Position numbers and translations under genes: made by a program
Shown here: in pieces, positions 40,346 through 51,109 of the stretch
How positions within the stretch are numbered: position 1 is the first letter of the stretch
Layout: each line of letters begins with the position of its first letter
Origin: Octopus bimaculoides
Lineage: Eukaryota
Length of the DNA stretch: 64,000 nt
NCBI RefSeq assembly: GCF_001194135.2
Contig: NC_069000.1
Location: 31,283,827 to 31,347,826 of the forward strand
Reading direction: 5' to 3'
The notes under the pieces: model-generated
What the model was told of the DNA's origin: nothing
Databases searched by the model: none
The model's input: the letters and a program-made list of their open reading frames with translations, nothing else

Positions 40346-40379
40346 TCAGGGCATATTCTTCTTATTATTATAATGATTT

Positions 40380-41001
40380 TTATATTTTAAAAGGATTGAC
40401 GTAACTCTTCACAAAGGTGAACAATCGAGACGAAGAGCACGATTCGATTGTAATAGATATTTTTTTTTATTGGCTGAACGATGTTTCGACAGTAAGTCTG
40501 TCTGTGTCAAGTGCAAAATAAGAAGTGATAAAATCCAAAATTATAGAAATTTAAATTTAAAGTATAAACGAGAGCAACCAGCGTCCACACGTTGATCGAA
40601 TTACATCATCAGTTTTTAAGTTTCAATTTTATAACAGGCGAAAAGAAAAAGACTGAAAAAAAGAAGAAAGAAAAAAAGAAAAGGAAAAAGAATATTTAAT
40701 CAAACAGTTATATAAATTTGATGATATTCTCCCGTCATTATATTCATTCCTTCAGGGCGTGATGTTAATGACCCGCAAGCATGTTTTTCCTCGTGCATTC
40801 TGAGAAGTGTAACAGAAGAAGATTCAGAATATATTCTGAGAATGTGCACTTTCAAGTCTTTTTCGAAATTGCTGCCATATGAAACGAAATGTTCAGCAAG
40901 TTCTGTCGAAATACTGTTATTATGCCTGACGTCATATCTGTGCCCTTTTTGCTTCATTGTTCTGTTATACAACCAACATAAATCAAGTTGTGTTTCGTGC
41001 A
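40380..41001 (-). mobile_element. Penelope-like element 3' relic: GIY-YIG endonuclease fragment plus pLTR-like region
   Basis: Minus strand CTKHNLIYVGCITEQ*, then a frameshift to HRYDVRHNN..ELAEHF..DLKVHIL..E...L..RPEGMN*, the usual PLE GIY-YIG pattern (YxG..R..EH..D....A.HF....E..L....P.GLN). A hammerhead-like motif and AATAAA follow downstream. Confidence 0.7.
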
Positions 41002-41016
41002 TTATTATTATTATTA

Positions 41017-41146
41017 TTTTATGTTTGACTTTTGTTTTGCATTTGTACAAGTTGGATCCAAGTCTCACCCAGAGACCTCAAGAGACAACAAGTTAGAAGT
41101 TCATGTAGGTGTTATGCCTAGGGTACCATATATTTGGATTTGTACA

Positions 41147-41147
<1 letters not shown>
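41017..41147 (-). mobile_element. 3'-UTR-only R4/Dong LINE copy between (TTA)n tracts
   Basis: CAAGTTGGATCCAAGTCTCACCCAGAGACCTCAAGAGACAACAAGTTAG matches the LINE 3' UTR at ~5585-5640. Confidence 0.7.

Positions 41148-41242
<95 letters not shown>
41148..41242. repeat. (TTA)n tract: tail/target of R4/Dong insertions
   Basis: Pure triplet run directly 3' of the LINE at 41243-42897 on the minus strand. Confidence 0.95.
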
Positions 41243-41244
<2 letters not shown>

Positions 41245-42897
41245 CCTTTAATAAGCATTTTTGTTACAGTCACTTGCCGAGAGACACTCAGCGTTCTAGC
41301 GTGAGTGAAGGATTAGAAATGTTACAGTATGATTGAAAGCTTGCAGAGGGGAAGTGACACGGGTAGTAGCAAAATATCTTCATGTACTATAAAACAGACA
41401 ATTGAATTGACAGTTTTTCCTAAGGATGTAAGCAATACTTGTCAGCACAATCTTTTGGATTTATCTGAGACATGGTTCTCTTGGGATGTTGTGTAGATGT
41501 TTCTGACATCTCTTTTTTTTTTTTTTTTACCTTACCTAGGGTACCTACAATAACAGGAACAGTTCCCATTTTAAGATGCCACACCTTTTGTATTTCAATT
41601 TCAAAGTCCTTATATTTACTTGTCAAATTCCTTTATAGATAAAACTTTTACCAGTGGAAAAACTTACATCTATTAGTCTACAAGTATTTTCTTGCATGTC
41701 TTTAATAATTATGTCTGATCGGTTAGCCTGGATCATTCTGTCGGTGTTGACTGGAAAATTCTAGAGGATAGTGACATTTTATCTTCAACGACTAGCTGAG
41801 GATGATGTTCAGTAAGGAGAAGTGCCGATTTTGTAGTGTTTAAATATTTTCCAATGTAAATACTGTTCAATCCTATCTTGGCGATTTTTTATTCGTTTGG
41901 TGTCAGCACAGGACATACCGAAACTAAATGGTCTACTGTTTCGTCAAATATGTCGCAGAATCTGTATTTAGGGTCAGAACCGTTTTGAAGAACGTTAGCC
42001 TGGTAGTTTCTCTTAAACAAGCTTTGATCTTGTGCCATCAATATGAAACCTGCAGTCTCTTCTTGCAGGCCTGAACTTCTCAGCCACTGATAGGTTGCTG
42101 CTTGGTCTACTGCTCCACCGCTTCTCAATTTGTTTTAACCCGTTCTTTTTTGCAGTTTGCTCGACCCATTTCGCTTCTTTGTGACAGTGGTCTCAGGTTC
42201 TTCATCTAATTCAGGGTAAATGTCAAATTCCTTTACGAATTTAAAGCTTCCTTGACAATAGAATGTGATTTTTTTCTGCTTTCGTGTTTGCACACAAGCT
42301 GTAGCCTCCAGTCGTCTGTAATATATAAATATCTGTTCATTGCTACTGAGGAGGTCTTATAGCACAATTGTACTTACATCATTCCTGTTTCCCCGTTACT
42401 TCTAGGTAGGTATAGACGATCAGCATCTGCTTTGGGGTGGTGCGTGTTCTTAGATATTAGTAGTTTTCGTGTCTTCTTGTTCAGGGGTTGGAGCTCTGTC
42501 GGAGCTCTGCAGTTAATGATGCTAAAACTACATTGGACTACTGGAAGTGCTGGGGTATTAATGGCTTCAATGCGATTTTTGGAGTTGAGTTCAGTTTTTA
42601 GTATGAATCGTATTCTGCTATAGTGTTCCTTCCTTATTTTTCTTTCATAGTAGCGTGTTGTATACTATCTCATTCCTTTATCCTCAGGTATTTATAACTT
42701 TCTTGTAGGTCAAGTTCCTTGATGGTAGCGTCGGTAACTAGTATAATGGAAGCTGTTTGAGCTTGCCTCTAACAAAAGCTGCTTTAGCACACTTATCGAG
42801 GCCAAAATCCATCTCAATGTCATTGCTAAACTTTTTAACTGTTGTTAGCCGCCCTGCGGTCATTTCTAACTAACAGCTTCAGATCGACCATATAAAA
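41243..42897 (-). mobile_element. 5'-truncated R4/Dong-clade LINE (RT YMDD motif to 3' UTR)
   Basis: FYMVDLKL..KFSNDIEMDFGLDKCAK; HHPKADADRLYLPR; ETAGFILMAQDQSL..YRFC..ETVDHLVSVC; ANRSDIII; KYKDFEIEIQKVWHLK..VPVIVGTLG. Confidence 0.92.
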
Positions 42898-42900
42898 CTG

Positions 42901-42936
<36 letters not shown>

Positions 42937-42937
42937 T

Positions 42938-43000
<63 letters not shown>

Positions 43001-43017
43001 CTATTATTATTATTATT

Positions 43018-43557
43018 GAGTGAGAGAGCAGTGCATGCCATCAAAGTGACACTGGGGTAAAATATACGAAGCCCATTATATCCATCATGACTACCTGTCT
43101 GATAAGGGTACACCAGGCACATGCATCACAACCTTATGTGCGCGACATGGTGATCTCATATCAAGATAAGCAGCACATGACCTCGCAGGTGGGGGCCAGT
43201 TAGAATTTTCTTCAGGTCGCGTAGCCTATCCTGCTCAAAAGGTCCCTGAATAAGGTTTGTTTAAGGATGTTGAGCAAAACACCCATGTTTCCAAAGGGGA
43301 ATTATTTAGACCCCCAAAGAATTCCTCTCAACACATGGCTACGATGCTCCCCCACTACTTCTGCTAGTGATCAGAGATGCACATATCGTCAGCCACCAAG
43401 GGACATACACAAGTGGTTGAGGTCAAACAACCAGCTAGCAAATCTGTGGTATTGAATATTTACTGTAGCCCATCTTTTTATACCAAGACAAAACAATGTA
43501 CCTGATAACACTTCCAATCAATTAAGATCAGAAGCCACGAGAGCCACTGCCTGGTAC

Positions 43558-43558
<1 letters not shown>
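43018..43558 (-). mobile_element. element D, full length
   Basis: As 39804-40345; (TTA)n/(GTA)n on the left, (AAT)n on the right. Confidence 0.9.
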
Positions 43559-43628
<70 letters not shown>

Positions 43629-43848
43629 NNNNNNNNNNNNNNNNNNNNNNNNNNNNNNNNNNNNNNNNNNNNNNNNNNNNNNNNNNNNNNNNNNNNNNNN
43701 NNNNNNNNNNNNNNNNNNNNNNNNNNNNNNNNNNNNNNNNNNNNNNNNNNNNNNNNNNNNNNNNNNNNNNNNNNNNNNNNNNNNNNNNNNNNNNNNNNNN
43801 NNNNNNNNNNNNNNNNNNNNNNNNNNNNNNNNNNNNNNNNNNNNNNNN

Positions 43849-43884
<36 letters not shown>

Positions 43885-43894
43885 GTTATTATTA

Positions 43895-43967
<73 letters not shown>

Positions 43968-43971
43968 CATT

Positions 43972-44493
43972 GAGTGAGAGAGCAGCACATGCCATCGAAG
44001 TGACACTGGGGTACAAATATATGAAGCTCAACGTTCCTATCATGACTTCCCAGGTATACCAGGCACATGCCTCAAAACCATATGTGCGCAATATGGTGAT
44101 ATTATATCAAGATAAACACCACATGACCTTGCAGGTGGGGCCTAGTTAATATTTTCTTCAGGTCGAGTAGCCCATCCTGCTCAAAAGGTTCCTGGATAAG
44201 GTTTGTTTAAGATTGCTGAACGAAACACCTCTGTTTCCTGTTGTGAATTATTCAAACCCCAAAGACTTTCTCTCAACACATGACTGTAATGTCCCCCCAA
44301 TACTTCTGCTTCTGATCAGAGATGCACATATCGTCAGCCACCAAGGGACATGCTCAAATGGTTAAGGTCAAGCAACTGACAAGCAAATTTGTCGTATTGT
44401 GCAGAATATTTGCTGTAGCCCATCCTTTTATACCAAGACGAAACAATGTATATAATAACACTTAACCATGAGAGCCATTGCCTGGTACTGCAT
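43972..44493 (-). mobile_element. element D, near full length
   Basis: As above; (TTA)n on the left, (GAT)n(CAT)n on the right. Confidence 0.9.
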
Positions 44494-44639
44494 GATGATG
44501 ATGATGATGATGATGATCATCATCATCATGACTATCATCATCATCATCATCATTATTGTTGTTGTTATTGTTGCTTTGTTGTTGATGTTTTTTTCTTATT
44601 GTTATTGTTGTTATTCGATTACATGCTAATTTAATTAGT

Positions 44640-45060
44640 AAAGATGTCAACAAATCTCAGATCTCAAGATTGTGTTATTATGATTCTGCAAGTCCTCAAT
44701 GCAGGTCGCTATTGACAAATCTTTTAGTCTCTTAGGTTGCCGGTTGAACGTTTTACAGAATGCACCAATTACCCCAGGATCAATTTCCCCCTTGTATTCC
44801 ACAATTCTTCTCTCCCTCTTGTTAGATGCTGATATTTCCCAATCTTCTCCAGTTTCTTTCATACCACTCTACTAACATAGTGGATTACGAAAACAAGATC
44901 ATACAGATTTTGTACCATGTATCATCTACAATCGTATATGTTTAGTCTCTGAGGAAAAATCCCATAAAATATCGTCATTACCAATCACCATGGCAGCATC
45001 TTTGGCTCGTGTTCACACGACTTTTCCGTCACTTCATATCCACAAACAAGGCTAATATCC
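44640..45060 (-). mobile_element. R4/Dong-clade LINE RLE relic (different subfamily)
   Basis: ORF 44647-44862 ..PGVIGAF...KRLKDLSIATCIEDLQ resembles VPVVIGALG..K.L..L.I...IE.LQK; a degraded EHEP..ILWDF lies upstream. Confidence 0.6.
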
Positions 45061-45369
45061 TAACGCATGGTTTTAGTGACAGAGACGAACTTCGTGAAAT
45101 GTGTAATTTGTTTGTTTGTTTGTTTTGCCTGAGCTTACTGAAACTCACTGGTTGATAGTTGGTTAATATATTCATCCACTTTTCCTATACATTCTCTGTT
45201 TGCTCTTTGATTGAGGTTTATGAATCGTTGTATCAGATAGTAATTAATATTATCGTTAGCGCGTCAGATAAAATATAAGTTCACATGAGTTCAAATTTCG
45301 CAGAGGTCGTTTTATGCTTTGCGGTATTGCGTTCGAAATTTACGTTGATCGTCTGTAACTACATAGAAG

Positions 45370-45573
45370 TAATGATAAAAAAGGTATGATGAAAAATAGA
45401 TGTCAGAAAAATCTACATAATATCCCAGAAGAACCACGTCTCAGAGAAATCCAAAAGATTGTGCTGACAAGTACTGCTCGTATCGTTAGAAAAACCTTAT
45501 CCATTAAAATGTTTTTGTGTTGTATTATATGAAGATATTTCGCTACTACCCCTGCCATTTCCCTTCTGCAAAC
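45370..45573 (+). mobile_element. R4/Dong LINE 3' end in the opposite orientation
   Basis: KNLHNIPEEPRLREIQKIVLTSTARIVRKTLS, followed by a 3' UTR matching the reverse complement of ~41340-41390. Confidence 0.8.
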
Positions 45574-47221
45574 TTTAGCACACTTATAGAGGCCAAAATC
45601 CATCCTGATGTCATTGCTGAACGCTTTAACAGTTGTTAGCAGCCCTACTAGCTCTTCGTCATCTCTAGCAAACAGGTTCAAATCGTCCATATAAAATAGG
45701 CGGGGTATTGCCGTATTATAAACTGTGAACCCATATCTGGTGTTATTCAGTCCGTTTGAGAGTGGGATCAGTATCATGCAAAAGAATAATTAGGAGAGAG
45801 ATTCACCTTGAAAAACGCCTCGTTTGGTGTTGATGTTGTTAAATTGGCTCATCCCATTACTATAGTTTAGAAGGAGACGTGTGTTTCATTTGGGCATACT
45901 ACCTTGTAAAAATTTGGAGACGACAGAAGAAATCTTGTATATCTCAAGGGCCTTGAATAGCCAATTATGTGGGACACTATCACACGCTTTCCTGTGGTCT
46001 ATGCATACCATATTCAAGTTCTTTTTGTTGCAGCAATTCTCTACAATCATTTTATTTGTGAGTAATTGATCTTTGCATCTATAAGAATTCCTTTTACCGC
46101 CTTTTTGAGCTTGTGGAAAGATAGACTTCTGTTCAAAGAAAGCATATATTCTTTCGGTTAATATGGATGTGAGGATCTTGTAGGAGGTGTTGAAACATGT
46201 TATTGATCGGTAGTTCTTTGGATTTTTCATCTCTTCAGTTTTTTGGTAGAAGGTATGTTGTTCTTTCAGTCAGCCAGGCAGGTATTTACTCTGGGTTCTG
46301 GATGACATCAGTTAGAGATGCAGCGAAATTTTGGTGTACTTCTGTCAAATAATTCAGCCAGAAGTTAGGAATCCGGTCCAGTCCTGGAGATTTTCATTTG
46401 TGAGACTTCCTAAGGACACATCTTAACTCTTCTACTTCTATTGCCTCCCGTTTCTGTTCTTCAATTTCATCCAGTCTCACTTTCTCACGCTCTATTCAGT
46501 CAGCTTCAGCACTATATCCTTTTCTGTTGCTCTATCTTCTTTCAGAACTCTTCCATTTCCTCAGTCTTAAGTAGCTCCTTTACTTCCATCTTACTTTTGC
46601 TAATTTCCCTATAAACTTTCTTTGCATTCGTCTTGAATACCTTGTTTTGTCGATAAAATTTGATTCTTTTGTCATACCTTCTATGCCGTTGGACTTTCAG
46701 TTGTATTCGTTGTTTCAATTGTTCATTGGTTGCAGGGATGTTTATAAAATCTTTGATTTTATATTTTCACTTGACTTTTCTAGCTCGTTTCGTCTTAACA
46801 TTTACCCCGCTAGCAAGTTCATCGAAAACTGATATATCCGCCCGCAGAGATTCGATCTCTTTTTGTATTGCTACTTTCCAATGAGGAGATCTATTGACAT
46901 GGTTGGTCCTTTTCTGTGTCGTCCTGATACATAGTTGAGCAGTTACAACTTTAGCAGTGGAAAAGAGGAGGTTATTTAAGGTGGTTAGGTCATCCCCATT
47001 ATTTTTTAAGATATGTCTAAGAGTAATTTTATATATCCTGATTATGTTGTTATTTTTTGTGTTGCTTGAGAGCTTTGGTAACAGTTGTCTATTGATCATG
47101 TCAGTAAACTCAGGCTTGCTGAGTGTTCTCATAATATCTTCTTTTGCTTCTATGATCTTCCCTTTATAATTCCCCTCAAATTCTGTGTCATATCTATTCT
47201 GGTGTTCTTGAGGTAGGTCAA
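45574..47221 (-). mobile_element. R4/Dong-clade LINE, N-terminal region plus RT domain, frameshifted
   Basis: KNPKNYRSITCFNTSYKILTSIL; QKGGKRNSYRCKDQLL; IDHRKACDSVPH; GVFQGESLS; RLFYMDDLNLFA; FGLYKCAK. Confidence 0.93.
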
Positions 47222-47225
47222 TTGT

Positions 47226-47265
<40 letters not shown>

Positions 47266-47329
47266 GCTACTGCTGCTGCTGCTCCTGCTGCCGCTGCCTC
47301 TGCCGCTGCCTCTGCCGCTGCTGCCGCTG

Positions 47330-47389
<60 letters not shown>

Positions 47390-47395
47390 TTATTG
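47222..47395. repeat. compound (TAC)n-(TGC/GCC)n-(TAC)n microsatellite separating two LINEs
   Basis: Seen directly. Confidence 0.95.
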
Positions 47396-48310
47396 TCATT
47401 TCACTTCTGAGAGCTCTCGATTTCACTTGCTTCGGCTAATTTATGCAAGAGCTGACAATAACTTATTTTCAAGAGTCACACAGTGTCTTCTTGTAGCAAA
47501 ACTATACATCCATGCACCCAGTAAATCCTCAGTAATTTCTCCAACACATTTTTGAAACTTCTTTATTAATGCTCCCAGTGCACCTACAATTATTGGGATG
47601 ATAGTTACTTTTTTCCTTGCCCGTATTCATGCAATATCTGTGATTTTTGTTTTCATCATCATTTTACCAACTGCAACAATATCTGGTCTCCGAGCATCAA
47701 TCACTGAAGCACGGTGGATAGTAAAATCCCATGAGATCTTAAACTCATTAATCTCGGTTTATGATCGTTCCATTTCAATGTAATTCCAAGACCTTACTTC
47801 TCACACAATTTCCAATAAATATACCTAGCTATATTGTCATGCCTCCTTTTATAGCCCTTTTGAGCCAATTCGCTACACTCTTTCATAATATGTGAAACTG
47901 TTTCATTTTTAATGCCACATACTCTACAGCAGGGGGATTCACTACTCTTATCTATTCGAAACTTGGTGTGATTAGTTCTCAGAGATGATTCCCGAGTGCT
48001 ACTTAAACTGTCTCAGTGCATCCTTTCAGATGACATTTCCTTAGACACCGCCTGGTGTTCGTCCTGTCCTTCTCTTCCACTTCTCTGAGGTATTGCCTGT
48101 GCATCGCTTTCACTTTACAGCCGTCCATTCTTAGCTTTTCAGATGACAATACTTTGCCATTTTTATGATAAGCACACCACGCTTATTCCAAATGCTTTCT
48201 CGAGATCCGTACTAAATACTTGCACTATTGAAACAAAAACTATTTATTTCACACTTACCCTTATTGATCGTCTTTAAGTCATTCATATACAACAGGTGAT
48301 TTAACATTGC
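47396..48310 (-). mobile_element. R4/Dong-clade LINE with internal deletions (YMDD, CCHC, RLE, 3' UTR)
   Basis: LNHLLYMNDLK; CRVCGIKNETVSHIMKECSELAQKGYKRRHDNIA; ISWDF...ARRPDIV; IIPIIVGALG. Confidence 0.85.
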
Positions 48311-48656
48311 AAGGAGTACCCTGATTTCACTTACCTATTTAAGGGGTATCATACAAAACACTTATGGTTAGAGACTATCTCTGAAATAGGCCTCTTCTGA
48401 TGTTAGCCATCACCAAAAATTCTTCACATGATGCTAACTGTATTCTAGTTCTTCATTAATCTTCTGAACCCTGAACCATGTGGTTAGGAAGTAAACTTCT
48501 TATCATACACCCACACCTACGTTTCTACATACATACATTTTATATTTATATCCTTGCACATACACATGTTGCTAGATCAATAATTCTTTGTGATGTGTTA
48601 TCTTAGCGTATCTAAAATCATACATACACAACACACGCGCACATTGCACGCGCGCG

Positions 48657-48704
<48 letters not shown>

Positions 48705-49392
48705 NNNNNNNNNNNNNNNNNNNNNNNNNNNNNNNNNNNNNNNNNNNNNNNNNNNNNNNNNNNNNNNNNNNNNNNNNNNNNNNNNNNNNNNNNNNNNNNN
48801 NNNNNNNNNNNNNNNNNNNNNNNNNNNNNNNNNNNNNNNNNNNNNNNNNNNNNNNNNNNNNNNNNNNNNNNNNNNNNNNNNNNNNNNNNNNNNNNNNNNN
48901 NNNNNNNNNNNNNNNNNNNNNNNNNNNNNNNNNNNNNNNNNNNNNNNNNNNNNNNNNNNNNNNNNNNNNNNNNNNNNNNNNNNNNNNNNNNNNNNNNNNN
49001 NNNNNNNNNNNNNNNNNNNNNNNNNNNNNNNNNNNNNNNNNNNNNNNNNNNNNNNNNNNNNNNNNNNNNNNNNNNNNNNNNNNNNNNNNNNNNNNNNNNN
49101 NNNNNNNNNNNNNNNNNNNNNNNNNNNNNNNNNNNNNNNNNNNNNNNNNNNNNNNNNNNNNNNNNNNNNNNNNNNNNNNNNNNNNNNNNNNNNNNNNNNN
49201 NNNNNNNNNNNNNNNNNNNNNNNNNNNNNNNNNNNNNNNNNNNNNNNNNNNNNNNNNNNNNNNNNNNNNNNNNNNNNNNNNNNNNNNNNNNNNNNNNNNN
49301 NNNNNNNNNNNNNNNNNNNNNNNNNNNNNNNNNNNNNNNNNNNNNNNNNNNNNNNNNNNNNNNNNNNNNNNNNNNNNNNNNNNNNNNNNNNN

Positions 49393-49430
<38 letters not shown>

Positions 49431-49505
49431 TGATAACACCACTTTAAAGTTGAGAGGATATTTTAGATTCAAAGCAATGTTTGAACATTATTACTCTATC
49501 AACGG

Positions 49506-49519
49506 ACGCCATCTGGCGG
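49506..49519 (-). promoter_or_regulatory. candidate CTCF-binding motif
   Basis: Minus-strand CCGCCAGATGGCGT fits the CTCF core CC(A/G)(C/G)(C/T)AG(A/G)(G/T)GGC(G/A); a GC-rich word in AT-rich DNA. Motif match only. Confidence 0.3.
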
Positions 49520-50132
49520 TAGAACTGTCAAGCCTTTGGAGAAACAAACCAGAAAAAGACTTTGTATACACAAATGTTTATCTACTTTATTTACAAAGAC
49601 CATTATGTGATGGAAATCTTTGATTGTTATTATATAACTGTCAGATGTAGCTGTTGATCTAGCTCTTGATAAATCTACAGTTAATCTTCCTTCATCACTT
49701 TAAAAGGTTCCTGCTAGAGCAACGAGATGTACGGATTGGTGTTTGGATTGGTGGATGGTGGTTAGATATGCAGGTAGATAAAGAGATAGCTAGGTAGTAA
49801 AATAGATCTGTTGTCACACACATAGAGGGATAGGAAGAAAGGTGGGTAAATAACTGATAGATATAGCGATAAAAATGGATATATTTACAGATAGTCACAG
49901 ACAAGGAGAAAAAGGCAAGCAAACAGGAAATAGTGAAGAAAGCCACAAACACAACATTACACATACGCACATGCACCCATATGTAAGTATGTATGTTTGG
50001 ATATATTCACGTTTGCATTATATAGGAATATAGACTGATGTGTCAAGGAGGCAACTAAATAGGCTTGCACATTGATACACAGACTGACTGATAGACAGAC
50101 AAATAGACAGATAGATGTACAGAAAGACAGAC

Positions 50133-50184
<52 letters not shown>

Positions 50185-50348
50185 GCACATGCATAGCTAG
50201 CTATGCATTTATAAGTTAATGCATACAAAAATAAGCAAAGGGGAATACATTAGTTTATTGTGAGGAAGAAAGTATAATGTTTCGGAGAGGAAACACTTTG
50301 TCTGAGAGAGAGAGAGAGAGGGGGGGAGAAAGGGATAGAGAGAAAGAG

Positions 50349-50408
<60 letters not shown>

Positions 50409-51109
50409 AATACTTGCTAATAGTACTGAATAAATACATTCTAATGTATTTAGTCATCAGAAGACTTTTTGGCAACATGAAGGCATCCATATTATTCCTG
50501 CTCTATTCTACAGTCAAACAACCAAAATTTCACATATTTGCATAAAGGTTCGGTCAGTGTGTGCACGTATCATATTCAAGTGTATTGCTTTTTCAATGAG
50601 CATGTAAACGCGTACATATTCCGTCCCCTACGCATGTGCTCACGTGCCGTGTATGCCTGTATTAACATGTTCAAATGTAATCAGATTGTCTTCGACTTTT
50701 CTGATGATATAAAATATTAAAGTTAATCCTATAGTCTCCGAATTCCTGTCGGTAATGGAACCTATCTAAGGGAGGTAATGCATTTTCTTCAGCCAACTTT
50801 ATTCTCCTCAGCTAAAATTTAGTGCACGTCTGACACCTCCACCAAATGATACCACATTAGGATCAGAGTAGGCTTAGGACCAATGTGGAAACCTTAATAA
50901 TAAAACTGAAAACTTTTGGAGGTAATAACATCCAAGTCTACCTCAAACGGCCTATCACCGTTCGTCCAATTTTTCCAAAAAGAAAGCACGCGTTGGATAA
51001 TTAGAAGGTTCATTATATATGAATAAAAGAAGTCTAAATGATCACCAATATTCATCATACGTCTATTGGGTTAGGGTTAGGGTTGCACTTAAATAGACTG
51101 ATTTTTGTA

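Noticed and set aside
43971-44492. Element D as a solo LTR (plus strand reads TG...CA)
   Set aside because: No 4-6-bp TSD in any copy, the initial T belongs to the (ATT)n tract, and two copies lack the CA end.
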